Below, piece after piece: positions 12,995 through 23,660 of a stretch of 64,000 nt of DNA. The notes below the pieces were generated by a model that did not search any database, was not told where the DNA came from, and saw only the letters and a list, made by a program, of their open reading frames with translations. The stretch comes from Marsupella aquatica (lineage: Eukaryota > Plantae > Marchantiophyta): assembly GCA_973895155.1 (NCBI GenBank), contig OZ316896.1:3224001-3288000 (forward strand). The letters run 5' to 3'. Each line of letters begins with the position of its first letter. Within the stretch, counting starts at the first letter, position 1. A program made the position numbers and the translations under genes.

Positions 12995-13592
12995 GTACAC
13001 ACGGGCCACCTAATCACTGCAGACCGGAAGATAATGCGTTCACCTGATAATCGGAGGGCCCTTAAAATGCTGCGTTTATAACTTGGTCCAGTCCAGTCGT
13101 CTGGTGAGTCTTTGCTCCGATTCCAAACGGGAGAAATATTGGGACAAACGTACTAGACACCTGCAAGCATGCACCTCATAGTTTGAATATGTGCCTTCAC
13201 AATATTGAAGGTGACAAGTGCAATTGTTTTGTGATGCCACATACAGATGTTATAAATGGGCAGACATTCAATGAGAATACAAAATGTTGGTACACTTTAA
13301 GGGAATTCTCGCAAATTAAATAGCCTTGTAACTTATATGCTCATAATGAGAAGTCCTGATTTAATTTAAGCAGTGTCATGTAAGTCGTGATCAAAATGAT
13401 TGCAGAGTTAAAAAAGTTCCTAGAAGGCTTAAGGGGAGTTTTTGAAGGCATGTACCCAGGAACAAGTAATGAACTTAGGGTACTTGTTGCCTAAGCATCC
13501 TCTCCTACAGAGGTCCTTCTTCTCAAAATTGGAATGTCTGCAATCTCCAAGGTATCCACATCAGGTGCACTATGCATGTACATTATTCAGGT

Positions 13593-14262
13593 TCAAAGCC
13601 AAGAAATGTGATCTCTCATGGGAGTGTGCAAAGTAGGATCTATGGCATGGCGATGACAATAGAAGATCCATCGATCAACACCATGTGCAGAGTGATCATA
13701 GATGTGTCTGTCACAAGCATAGCCTTCTGCTTGACGCTCCTTCAAACAATGAAAGTGCCACATGGTGGGACACCTAACACAGTGGACTATGTCCACCCAG
13801 AAATCTTCATCGTGCTGACCACATGCCTTGCACTTATGAAGTGGGCAAGCTGTGGCAAGATCGGGCAAACATGAAAAACAAAAGAACCTCACACAATATC
13901 TGTCAGGGCATTTCCTAACAAGTGGTGGAGCATCAACAGAGCCCTCATAAGACCCCAACTTCCCACACTGTGCACACTTAGCCTGCTTCTCCAAACAATC
14001 AGTGCACATCCAGCCTCCCTGGTGTGCCCACCCCTGGACAGTTGTTTTCTGCAGCAAGGTCAGACTCCGGGTTGAGGTGGAAATGCCTCATGCAAGGGCC
14101 CTCACATATGGCTAAGCCACCACCATCGTCACAAATGGCACAACAATGAGCTGCCTTCTGGAAAATCTGACTTGCGGAGAAGTTACTACCATCTGGCCCA
14201 ACTACACCTGTGTTGCTCACCTCTGTCCCCCGCTTCTTGGCTCGGATTTTAGGGCGTGCCAT
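13593..14262 (-). CDS. EDM2-like composite PHD-finger protein (CACTA cargo), one frameshift near 14010-14030
   Basis: CAICDDGGGLAICEGPCMRHFH..WMCTDCLEKQAKCAQCGKLGS..CPLHKCKACG..CVRCPTMWHFHCL..IFYCHRHAIDPTLHTPMRDHISW. This parallels the plant EDM2 PHD region as I recall it (CAICDNGG..CEG.CLRSFH..CPLHKC..CRRCPKSYHRKCL..LIYC..HEID..L.TP.RDH). Confidence 0.82.
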
Positions 14263-14931
14263 GCCTACGCATGAGACAGATAGTACAATTTAGCAGAGTG
14301 CACAGACAATACAATTTAGTGCAGTGTACAAAAAGTACAGTGTAGCATATAGACTAGAGTGGCAATTGCTACTGCAATGAAATGTTCACACACATGTGCA
14401 GAGTAGACATACTTTTTGGTTTGTTGAGCCCACACTAAAAACTGATCCCCTCGTACAATAGCTCCACCTACACCTCAATTTTGTGGCTATGATTCACCAA
14501 AGGAGATCTGCAACAAGATTTAATGCATTTGAATCACATATAACAGTCGTGACATGTAAAACAGGCATTTTTTGAATAGGATTGGTATCAAGCACTGTGA
14601 TCAGGGTTGTAATTTATACATCCTAAATAGGCTATGATAGTGAATGAGACAAATAAGTTAGGCATAAATCACTTTTTCCAGGTTATCACATGGCCCATTA
14701 ATTCCAGTCTTTGAAAGAAGACTTTTAAGTGAGCTTGCTAGCCTCTTAAATTAGGATATTGTACTTAGTGCAGCCATAATAGGATAAGTTATGTACTGTT
14801 GACCCTAAACCCTGGACCCAAAATTGGTCATAATTCAAAATCTTAAGTAAATATCCTCTCTGTTCAAGTCAAAGTGTTAAGTTATAGGTCAATGGTCTCT
14901 GGTTTGTGCATGCGGTGTGACAAGTGGTCCT

Positions 14932-15381
14932 CTAGAGCGTGTGATCCAAACATGTGTAGACACCAAAGTGACCGGTGGTGGGGTCTGGGAGGGCAGGACA
15001 AGTGACATCGCCAGGCACACTGCAGGATGGCGAGTGGTTCCAGATGATACATTGTGCTCTGTGAAAAAACCGACATCCAAGAGAACGGTCATCCAACTCT
15101 AGGCCAGAAGCCCTACAGGCAGGACAGTCATATTGGCAACTGTGCACACACCCTTGGGCCCTAATTTGTGGCGGGTCATGTACTAGAGACAGAAATACCA
15201 AGGATGTTGGGAAGGGTGGAGAAGCAGGTACAGGCCGGCTGTAGTTGTTCCTGGCAACAACTGGGTACTCAAAGTACCATGCAGACTGGGCTGGAAGGAT
15301 CCCAAGTCTGACATACTCAAGGCGCAACATCTCTGCCTTGCGTGCAAGCCGCACATGTTCAGCGTTGCGGGTCCTCACCAT
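14932..15381 (-). CDS. Hypothetical Cys/His-rich protein (CACTA cargo)
   Basis: ATG-initiated 149-aa ORF, co-oriented with the other cargo. Contains CVHSCQYDCPAC, CRFFHRAQC and a basic N-terminus MVRTR. No family recognised. Confidence 0.45.
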   Translation of the reverse strand: MVRTRNAEHVRLARKAEMLRLEYVRLGILPAQSAWYFEYPVVARNNYSRPVPASPPFPTSLVFLSLVHDPPQIRAQGCVHSCQYDCPACRASGLELDDRSLGCRFFHRAQCIIWNHSPSCSVPGDVTCPALPDPTTGHFGVYTCLDHTL

Positions 15382-17744
15382 AAGTGTTGCTTTTGTGGAG
15401 ATGTCGTGTGTTCACGTCCTCTGATAAGCACCTTCGATCAGCAAGGTGAGCAGGAGCTGTACTTGCCTCACCAACAACAACCAAACCTTAAATTATCAGT
15501 TCCCACTCACTGTGTCATTCCATTGGTTCCAGCTAGGGGTCACAGTGTAAACATAGCATGAAACACTCCTAATCAACTTGCTTACAAACTACAATATCCA
15601 GAAAGAGTGAAAGTCTCACCCTCCAGTGAGCAACAGAGAGGTAGTTCAGTAGATGTGTTGATGTGCAGTTAAACCTCCACTATTGCTTACTTCTGGTGTA
15701 TGCTGCTCAGAAGAAGACATATTAGTAGCAGCAAATTGCAAATAATGGCCATAAGCAAACCGTGAGAGTTTGCAGAATGCTACGACAAATCCATCACAAC
15801 AGTGCTCCACAGGAATGAAACCAAGCAAAATTTGGTGACCTCGGCCAATGACAAGGCCAATGTAGTGAACAATCCTTGACCGATCAGGATATGGATTGGA
15901 ATTACAATTAGTCAGCTCTTCTTCTTTGTTTTCTAACTCTGGGGGAAATGAGCATGACCAGGGAATTCTCTGAGAAATAGAAGAATCGCTAAGTACAGTA
16001 TTCTTAAGAGTAGTTTTGTTCTAATTCTGAAATCTACACATAGGACATTTATCATGAAAACTGAAGATCCATTTGACAACTCCATGATAGCCTATTCCGC
16101 ATTGTGTCCGCCCCATGCAAGCAAGGGGTATTCATCCGAGCTTAGTCTAACCATGCATGATTGTTCTGGAAGCAGTTGCGACAATGTTTTGGTTTTTTTC
16201 TCCTATCCAACTCAATAGCTCACAAACATGGCATTGGACCCATTAACAAATTATACTTGCCATCATTCTCAACTGTATTACATGGCCCACACTGCTAACA
16301 TCCCTGACTCTTAAGGGAAACTCATCTCCTGGGCCAACAACATCTCAGATTCTACAAAAATGAGAAACTATGAAAACTTCTTGATCTCCTATCCTGTGAT
16401 TGTAGCATGTATGATTTGCTGGGACTGCAGGCAGTTCTGGACCTTGCTGCGCTTTATATACAACAACCTGAGCTCCATGAATTTGTTTTTAATAGACATG
16501 CGTTTGACCACGGCTACAACTCCAAAACAATCACCAAATCAAATCATAACAAAACCCACTCGAAAGCTGAACACTAGAACACTGGGCACTGGGAACACAC
16601 TCAAACAGGTTCTGCAAGGATGGCTCTCTGTCGGATCGACTAGAGAATCAGGCAGGCTTCCTATTATGGTCTGCTCAGAGCCTTCCACTCTGGATTAGAC
16701 TCTGAATCCAAATGCGAGTCTACGCTTTCCGTTGCTGGTCACAACGACGGGCAATCAGGATGATGCCATGCCGAGTAGAAGAACAAGAAAGCATTCCATA
16801 AAAGGCACTGAGATGAACCGTATAGTAAAAGTGGTAGTACTTCCGGTAGCACGACCGACTCGCTATGTGACAGTCCAAAGAAAAGCTAAAAGGCTGAAAG
16901 GTGATAGATTTTGTGCTCAATGTGACAGGTTTTTTGAAATGATCAAGCCAAGGTGCAAAGGAAAACTGATTGAAGGTGACATGGGAAAGTTGTCAATGCA
17001 GGAGAAACTCTTGCCTTAGAGTAACCGTGTAACCAGGTAACAATGCAGGAGAAACTCTTGCCTTAGAGTGCTCGACGCTCCTTCAGCTGGATAGGGGCAG
17101 CTCCAACTACACGGTCTGGTCCAATCACCGCCTGCTTTGTTACAAGAAGGTGGACTAAGCCACAGCTGACGTCAATCACACTGTAAAAAATGGACAGATG
17201 AGCCATGTCACGAAAGCATATATAGTCATTCCTCAATATTAAATGAGACTATGAGAGGGCATATATAAGTTCACGACTAGGAAAGAGTCTCACCTTGTAG
17301 CACGGAGATTCTCAAAGCGCACCAAGATGAGTCATTGTAGCAGGTGAATGTTGGGTGGTGTCATGTAAGGCGCAAATCAATAGCTCGCTACCTCCTGTCT
17401 CCCCGTCTGTCTCCCGTGCACTTCTACCTCCCCGTCCGGCTTCCCGTCTGTCTCCCACGTACTTAAATTGAAGTTTTAACAAAAACTGTCAACACCAAGT
17501 GCAGCAAATGCCAACATATTCACACGGCAGAGCATAAAAGTAGTCACAGTTCATGAATCAGTTCCCTATCGAATCATGGGCACTACGCCGAGCACTGCGC
17601 AAGAGACTAGGATAGACACTGCAAACATGGGGACTTTTGTTTGGCAAGAAATCTGGACATCAAACCTTCAGCAATGGCAACAGGAAGCATTACATCAAAC
17701 GAGAGGACATCAAATGAGCAGTCCGGTTATAGGCAAACGGCGAC

Positions 17745-17807
17745 TGACATAGCGGAGGGAAAAAATGCGCATTGACATAGCGGACATGCGCACATTGACA
17801 TAGCGGA
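17745..17807. repeat. Three direct copies of TGACATAGCGGA
   Basis: Exact 12-mers at 17745, 17773 and 17796, in the CACTA 5' non-coding region. Confidence 0.85.
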
Positions 17808-20800
17808 GGGGAGAAAAACTACAAAGCCAACTAACCTTTTTAAGGCCCACAATTTCAAGGGGAGGGACAAAGAGAGCAAGCACTCCAATCTCTTCAATCC
17901 CTTCTGCAAGTAGCCGCCAAAATCTACTTCTTGGGGTCCAGCCCACGGATGGAGATCATGCAAGGTGGTCAATCACAGTAAGTGCAATCGTTGCAATCCA
18001 CAAACAAGCTGCAAATGAAGACACGCAGGAGGGAAAGTCCGCAACACCAACAACATTACCCTTTGTAAAACCCCGAGCTTATCTTCTAGTTGCCAACGCT
18101 CAAACAAAACCTGCTCGGACACTACCAAAACCCTAATTCCATAAGCTCTCACCTTTGCGACACAACTCCTGCACTATATTCAGCTGGCGTTGGCCCACTC
18201 TAAGCTCCCAAGCTTCACTTTAGTCCGCGCCGCGACTAAAGTTTCACTGCCTCTGTGAGCTTTGCAGTCCACCTTACAGATCGAACAAAGCAATCACCTC
18301 CCTTCACATCCGCACTAATCACCTTTCGCAAAGAGTTGCAATCACCTTCCGCAATACCAGGAAGCTTGCTCCCTCTCGTTCAATGCCTTCTGCAGCATGA
18401 GCGATCACCTCTGCCGAAGCAACTTCAATCGAACACACAGCAACGGGGCGGGCAGCGACAACATTGACAGTGAACGATGGACTCTACTCAAACAACCTCA
18501 AAGCTGTCACAAAAGAACGAGGAAACATTGAGGCAGAAAACAAAGTCCCTAGCGCTAGGCAACCAAAGTATCGGGAAACCAAAGGATCGGGACCAAAGGA
18601 AGGGACGACATGGCATTCCAACAACGGGAAGGGGGAACGGGACGCGGGAACGGGCAATTTTTTGATGGTGGGGATGGATGCCAACGATCCAATGGTCCCT
18701 AAACCCCCATCCCCTTAACATGCAACCCCCGACCCTTCACATCAAACCCCCCCTTAACCCCCTTTAGTGAAAACCCAGCCACCCCCTAGCCTTGACATAT
18801 AAACCCCCTAATGTGCTTAGGACAACTCGACTGTGGCCACACTATGTTTGCAATGCCAGGGTCATCCATTTAGAGCGCCGCTTGCAAGCTTTGGTTCTCA
18901 AGATCCTCCCAAGGCAGCAAACAAGTTAGGGTTCACGGTCCATGTTCCTTTACCCTAAACCGTTGCGTCACTATTTCAATCGAGTGTTCTTCGGCTGGAC
19001 GTGCCCCTTTACTGACCCACACCCCCTTGAGACCGGTACAAATCTACCTTTGTGCATCTCGGCCTTTTATAGATGGATTTAGTAATGGCCAAGAATATGT
19101 TGACCATCCCTCTGTAGTCCACCCTCCATGAACCTCACTTCATTAAACCCAAAATCTTTTTGGTCACAAAATAAGGCCATTTAATGAGTTATGCCCCTTG
19201 CTATCACCCTCTTTATAGAATTACCCCTCCTCAGCATAAGTGGTCATTACCCATGATGTGCTAGACTATTCATCCTTCACAAAGTAGCAAGGTTACTTTT
19301 CATAGTCTTTTAGTGAACCATAAAACACTAATAGTCTTTTGTAGTCTTCAACAAAACCGGTGCAATGGGTATGAGTTGTTTTAAGTATGGAAAAAGGACT
19401 TAGTGGGCTTAGTCCTATAAGGTATGGTCTAAATTGCCCCGGTTTCTACTAGTGCAAGGGAGCGTTCTTAGCTCTTCGTTTAAGAAGTTTGTAGCAACTC
19501 TACTTAACCTTGTGGCAGCATTGGTTCTGAGCCGTTTGAAGGACTTTGAGGCCGGGTCTAGGCCAGCAGGGGGACCAGGGAGACCAGAGGAGGGCCCAGC
19601 AGGGGTGCCTCAACTTCATGGAGGCCCGGGAAACCATTTTTTATCCCAATAGGATATGCTAAGGAGTTTTCATGAAGGCTTGAAAACCACTATTTGTAAT
19701 AAGTTGTCGGGCTATTATGAAGCCCAACACTTGAGGGGTGCTGGTATACGATGAGTTGTTGCTAGATAGCTCAGCCTTGCACTCGCATAGTAGCCATAGA
19801 ATAACTGCTAATGCCAACATTCTAGTTGGAACCAACTCAAGCGACAGTTGTACTATTCAGGTAAGTTTACAACTGTGTAAAAGCTGACCTGTACTTTTGT
19901 GGTAACCCGAGTCTCAGCGGCAAAACCTGTGACTCAGTGGTAACCTGAAACTCAGTGACGTATTAACCCTCAGTTGTAGGTCAAACTTGGAGTTGATACC
20001 GTGAGAAATATTGTGTTCAGTTAGTTTACAACTCGCGCGGTTAGTTGTAAGAGTTACCAAAGGGGGTACCCTGGTTACTCGTCTTGCCGAGAGCTAGGTT
20101 GCCGCTGTTCAGGTCTTGTGTGGAAACCAGAGTACTGGTTGTAGTTAAGTTAACCTGCGGTAAAATAGAGATTTAACCCGAGTTAAACTTTAGCAAGAAA
20201 GTAGTAAGTTTGCCGTAACTACTAACCTGAGTTAGCACCTTAGGCTTGGTTTGGTTTGGCGTGGGTTTGGTTTGGAGCCCTGAGGTGTAGAAATAAAGAG
20301 GAGAAGCAGGGGGCTGTGTTCTCACTTGTTTAGTTGTCCACTTTCTTAGAGGCTGGGAGCTTGGGGGCTGGGCTCTTCCTTGGAGAGCAGCAGCATGAGC
20401 TTGAGGCACTAGGAAGGGGGGAACAGTGAACTAGTCCACTAGGTAGGCAGCAAGGAGAAGGTCAAGGGAGGTGTTGTGATCTGAACTTGTTTCTATTCTC
20501 TCTAGTAAAGACTTGCGTGTAACCCTCAGTCTTGAAGCAGCTGTCTAGTGAGATGTTGAACTAGTGAGCATGTATGTGGACTCAGGTGTGATTTGATATC
20601 GGAGAGATGAAGCTTGAAGCTTGAGATGAGAGCAGGGTCAGCACTTGTCTTGTTGGGATAGCAAGTGGTAATCCTGCAGTCCTTTGTGAAGGAAATAGGG
20701 TACTCTCTTGGGTGACGATTAAGGAGTGCAGGGACAGCTTGTGGGTGTCCACTGCCCGTGTTGAGATCGGGAGTGGGGTGTTGGGAGTGTTTTCCAGTGG

Positions 20801-21027
20801 GAGAGCAGGGGAGTGATAACCACCCTTCAAGGTTATCTTTCCAGCGGTGGAAGTAAAATTACCCAATTGGGTGTGTGAGTGAAGAAGAAGAGAGAGATTA
20901 AGGGAAAGTGACCTACTGTCCTACTATTTGCCCGTCCTAGGAATCCGGACAACGATAAGAAGGGGCAATAGTGGTAGATTTAACTCTAGTGAAGAGTTAA
21001 GCCCCATTGCAAGGTGTTGACACAATG

Positions 21028-21407
21028 GCACTCGCTTGATAGTTCGTGGTTTTGGGCGTCATGTCATAGATGCAGAAATTATCACAAGGAAGAACATCGG
21101 AGATCGTGTTTTTATTCCACGCATTCCTCTTATTGCATCTGACTCAGGGTTACCATTCGATCTTTGACGATTTTAGTTTCCTATCCGTGTTGCCTTTGGT
21201 ATGACCATCAATAAGTCTCAAGGTCAAACCTTGGCAAAGATTGGGATATTTCTACCAAACCCGGTTTTCTCGCATGGTCAATTATATGTGGCATTGTCTA
21301 GGGTTGGTGCTCGGAGTGGCATTCGCATTATGATATCAAGGAATGCATATCCTGATAAGCATGACCTTTACACAAGGAATGTTGTATACCATGAGATTTT
21401 GAGATGA
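21028..21407 (+). pseudogene. Helitron helicase, final exon
   Basis: GTRLIV..RVFIPRIPL..FPIRVAFGMTINKSQGQTL..VFSHGQLYVALSRV..TRNVVYHEIL. In-frame TGA and TAG around 21166-21177. Confidence 0.93.
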
Positions 21408-22131
21408 TTGCATGATGTTGGGAGGGTGCCTATTCATTCATCTCTTGGTTACACTAGCATGAGCCCATGCATTGACAAAACAACTTCTCTACTCCGAGCT
21501 TCAATAAGCAATTCTTTTGACATTTAACAGGTAAATATTCCTTCTTCATTCATTTCAATTCAATGCTAACTTGACCCTAGATCTTTCAATGGCATGGACC
21601 TTCTTAGTACTTGGAATCCTTTGAAGAGCTTTATATTGCTTACTCCACTCTCTCTACATTCCTCATTCTAGATGGGACGTATTGCATTTGATTTCCTCTT
21701 ATCAATGACCTTCCTTTTGGCTTCTCCTTTTGGGTGTTTGCAGTGGTTAAATTTGGTTGCTTGGCCAGTTCTACGCTCCAAGAAAATGGTGCACTTTGTG
21801 ATATTCAAGCAATATATGTGTACTCTACAATGGACTACTTCATGGAGACTATCATATGGTATTATTGTTGTATGTCATATTGGCATCTACAAGCCATATA
21901 ACATACCTTTTGTTCAAATTTCCACCATTTGAATAAAATTTATGGTTTTCCCCCACTTGAACCATTTTGCCATCAAGTTTTGTCTGGCAAAATTTCTCAA
22001 GTGGGGTTTCCCTAAGTTGTCTTTTGTCTTTTCATACACTACTCTTATTACTTTCCTGAGTCTTTTTTTGTCTTTGGCACTTTTTTGTCCTCACCTTTAT
22101 TGACGTTCAAAGAACGGGTAGTCGGAGCTGG

Positions 22132-22262
22132 TTCTTGTTAAGAGCTACAGATGCTACTGGTCCATTGTCCATAGGAACCAAAATTCCATTAGAAACAAGC
22201 ATGTGTTTTTCTGAAATCATGGAGCAGGCATTAACCCCAGAATAAGCAAATGAGTGGAATGT
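22132..22262 (+). repeat. ~130-bp dispersed duplicate of 47771-47894
   Basis: TTCTTGTTAA(A)GAGCTACAGRTGCTACTGGTCCATTGTCCATRGGAACCAAAATTCCATTAGAA..AACCCCAGARTAAGCAA occurs at both sites. Confidence 0.92.
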
Positions 22263-23313
22263 GTAATAAAAATGGAGAAGCCTGGGACACTTTCCCTGTT
22301 ATATATATATATATAATATAATATATATAAGGGTTCCCCTTTATATATGGGTAGTGAAGGCAATGGTGGCCCGTGGATCTAAAATAATGGCACATGCTTT
22401 GCAAGTAAGGAATAATTCAACAAATGTGCATGCACCAAACTAACTTGAAGAATTTAGGTTTTAGTATAAACTACCGTTCATCACAAAGTAGAGTTTTATC
22501 ATGCGTATGCACGAAAGCTGAAGGTCACACGGCTTAAGGGCTTATGTTTCGATCTATGTAATCAGGGTTGCTAATTTTGTTGAGCGTTCAAGTGTTAGAG
22601 AGAGAGATATTGTAATTCATTACACCCAGTGAAGGCCAAGTCAATACTGCACTTTAGTCAGGTCATAAACTAGTTATGTCCACATAGTATTGGGCATACA
22701 CCAAGTCATTCACTTGCAGAAATCATAACAAGTTGTCAAACAGGTTATAGTAACACACAACAAAAATGTACATACAAGCCATGACCAAGAAAGAGTTTTG
22801 TTGCAACTTAAAAATGTGTATAGTTATCATATAAAATTCTCAGAAGGTTCAGGAAATAAACAAAGAGAAGGTTGATGTATTGTAGCTGTTACTCTAGCGA
22901 AATCATAGATAAGACAATAGACAAAATACTCTCTAAACAACATGCATGTAGCCTGTATATATAATATAATTGTATATTTAAAGAACATGATAAAGATCCA
23001 ACTTGTTAGGTCACAATAACAAGCAAAACTTCAGAATTGGTTAAAAGGTGTTAGTAACAAGGCATACAGTCACTAACAATAGACAAAAATGTATGCAAAT
23101 GCCTAAAAGAAGAGTTAATAAATTCCCAAAGGGAATGAAATAAAGATACGCCATACAAATGGAGATAAGCCATCAACCCAAGTTAAGCTGCAATTGACAA
23201 GCTAGTGCTCCATTGCATCCCCAGGGTCATCATTCAGCCCCTGTCCCTAGGGTGAATCAAACCTTAAATAAAAAAAAGATTCAGATTGTTATGTGTTTCT
23301 GCTACTTGCAGCT

Positions 23314-23660
23314 TGTTGAGCATAGACGACAATTGCAACGGTAAGCACATGACACATCCAACGATCAAGTAGTCGACACAAGAGATACGTGGTTCACCTC
23401 CTTGAAGCTACGTCCACGGGAACACACAAGAAAGTTTTACTGAACTCTAAGCCTGTCGGCTAAACCAAGTCTCCACAGTGTAAGCTCTTCTCATCTCTCA
23501 AGTGACTCCGTAACAATGAGCCTAAGTTCCACTTATCCAAGCAAACACCGCTTGACATATAGAGTGCATCCTAGTTAACCTAACCATGTCTCTGACTACG
23601 GTTAATCTAACTACGGTTAATTACATGTTGTAACCCTAGACCTTGAGTAAATACCTAACA
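23314..23660 (-). mobile_element. Copia-type solo LTR (347 bp)
   Basis: TGTT..AACA termini and TSD CAGCT (23309-23313, 23661-23665). Reverse complement of the LTR at 25316-30374. Confidence 0.9.

Larger units (their letters stand above)
3146..19454 (-). mobile_element. CACTA (En/Spm) DNA transposon, 16.3 kb, full-length ends, with cargo ORFs
   Basis: TIR CACTAGTAGAAACCGGGG at 3146-3163 and its reverse complement at 19437-19454. TSD CAA at 3143-3145 and 19455-19457. Tnp2 and TnpA-like ORFs on the minus strand. Confidence 0.97.
1718..21022. mobile_element. Solo LTR (~3.0 kb after removing the nested CACTA) inserted in the Helitron helicase
   Basis: Starts TGTC (1718) and ends GACA (21022). 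TSD CAATG at 1713-1717 and 21023-21027. Excision restores the frame GQAN|GTRLIV. No gag/pol and no second LTR copy. Confidence 0.88.
1..22131 (+). mobile_element. Helitron (3' part; 5' end lies left of the window), carrying a nested solo LTR and CACTA
   Basis: PIF1-type helicase exons at 1-1717 and 21028-21407. The 3' terminus has a hairpin CGTTC-AAA-GAACG (22104-22116), then CTGG (CTRR, 22128-22131) followed by target T. A paralogous empty site at 47770|47771 reads A|T. Confidence 0.85.

Noticed and set aside
16732-17019. Basic 95-aa plus-strand ORF with CxxC inside the CACTA
   Set aside because: Opposite to all other element ORFs, ends in a local duplication and has no recognisable domain.
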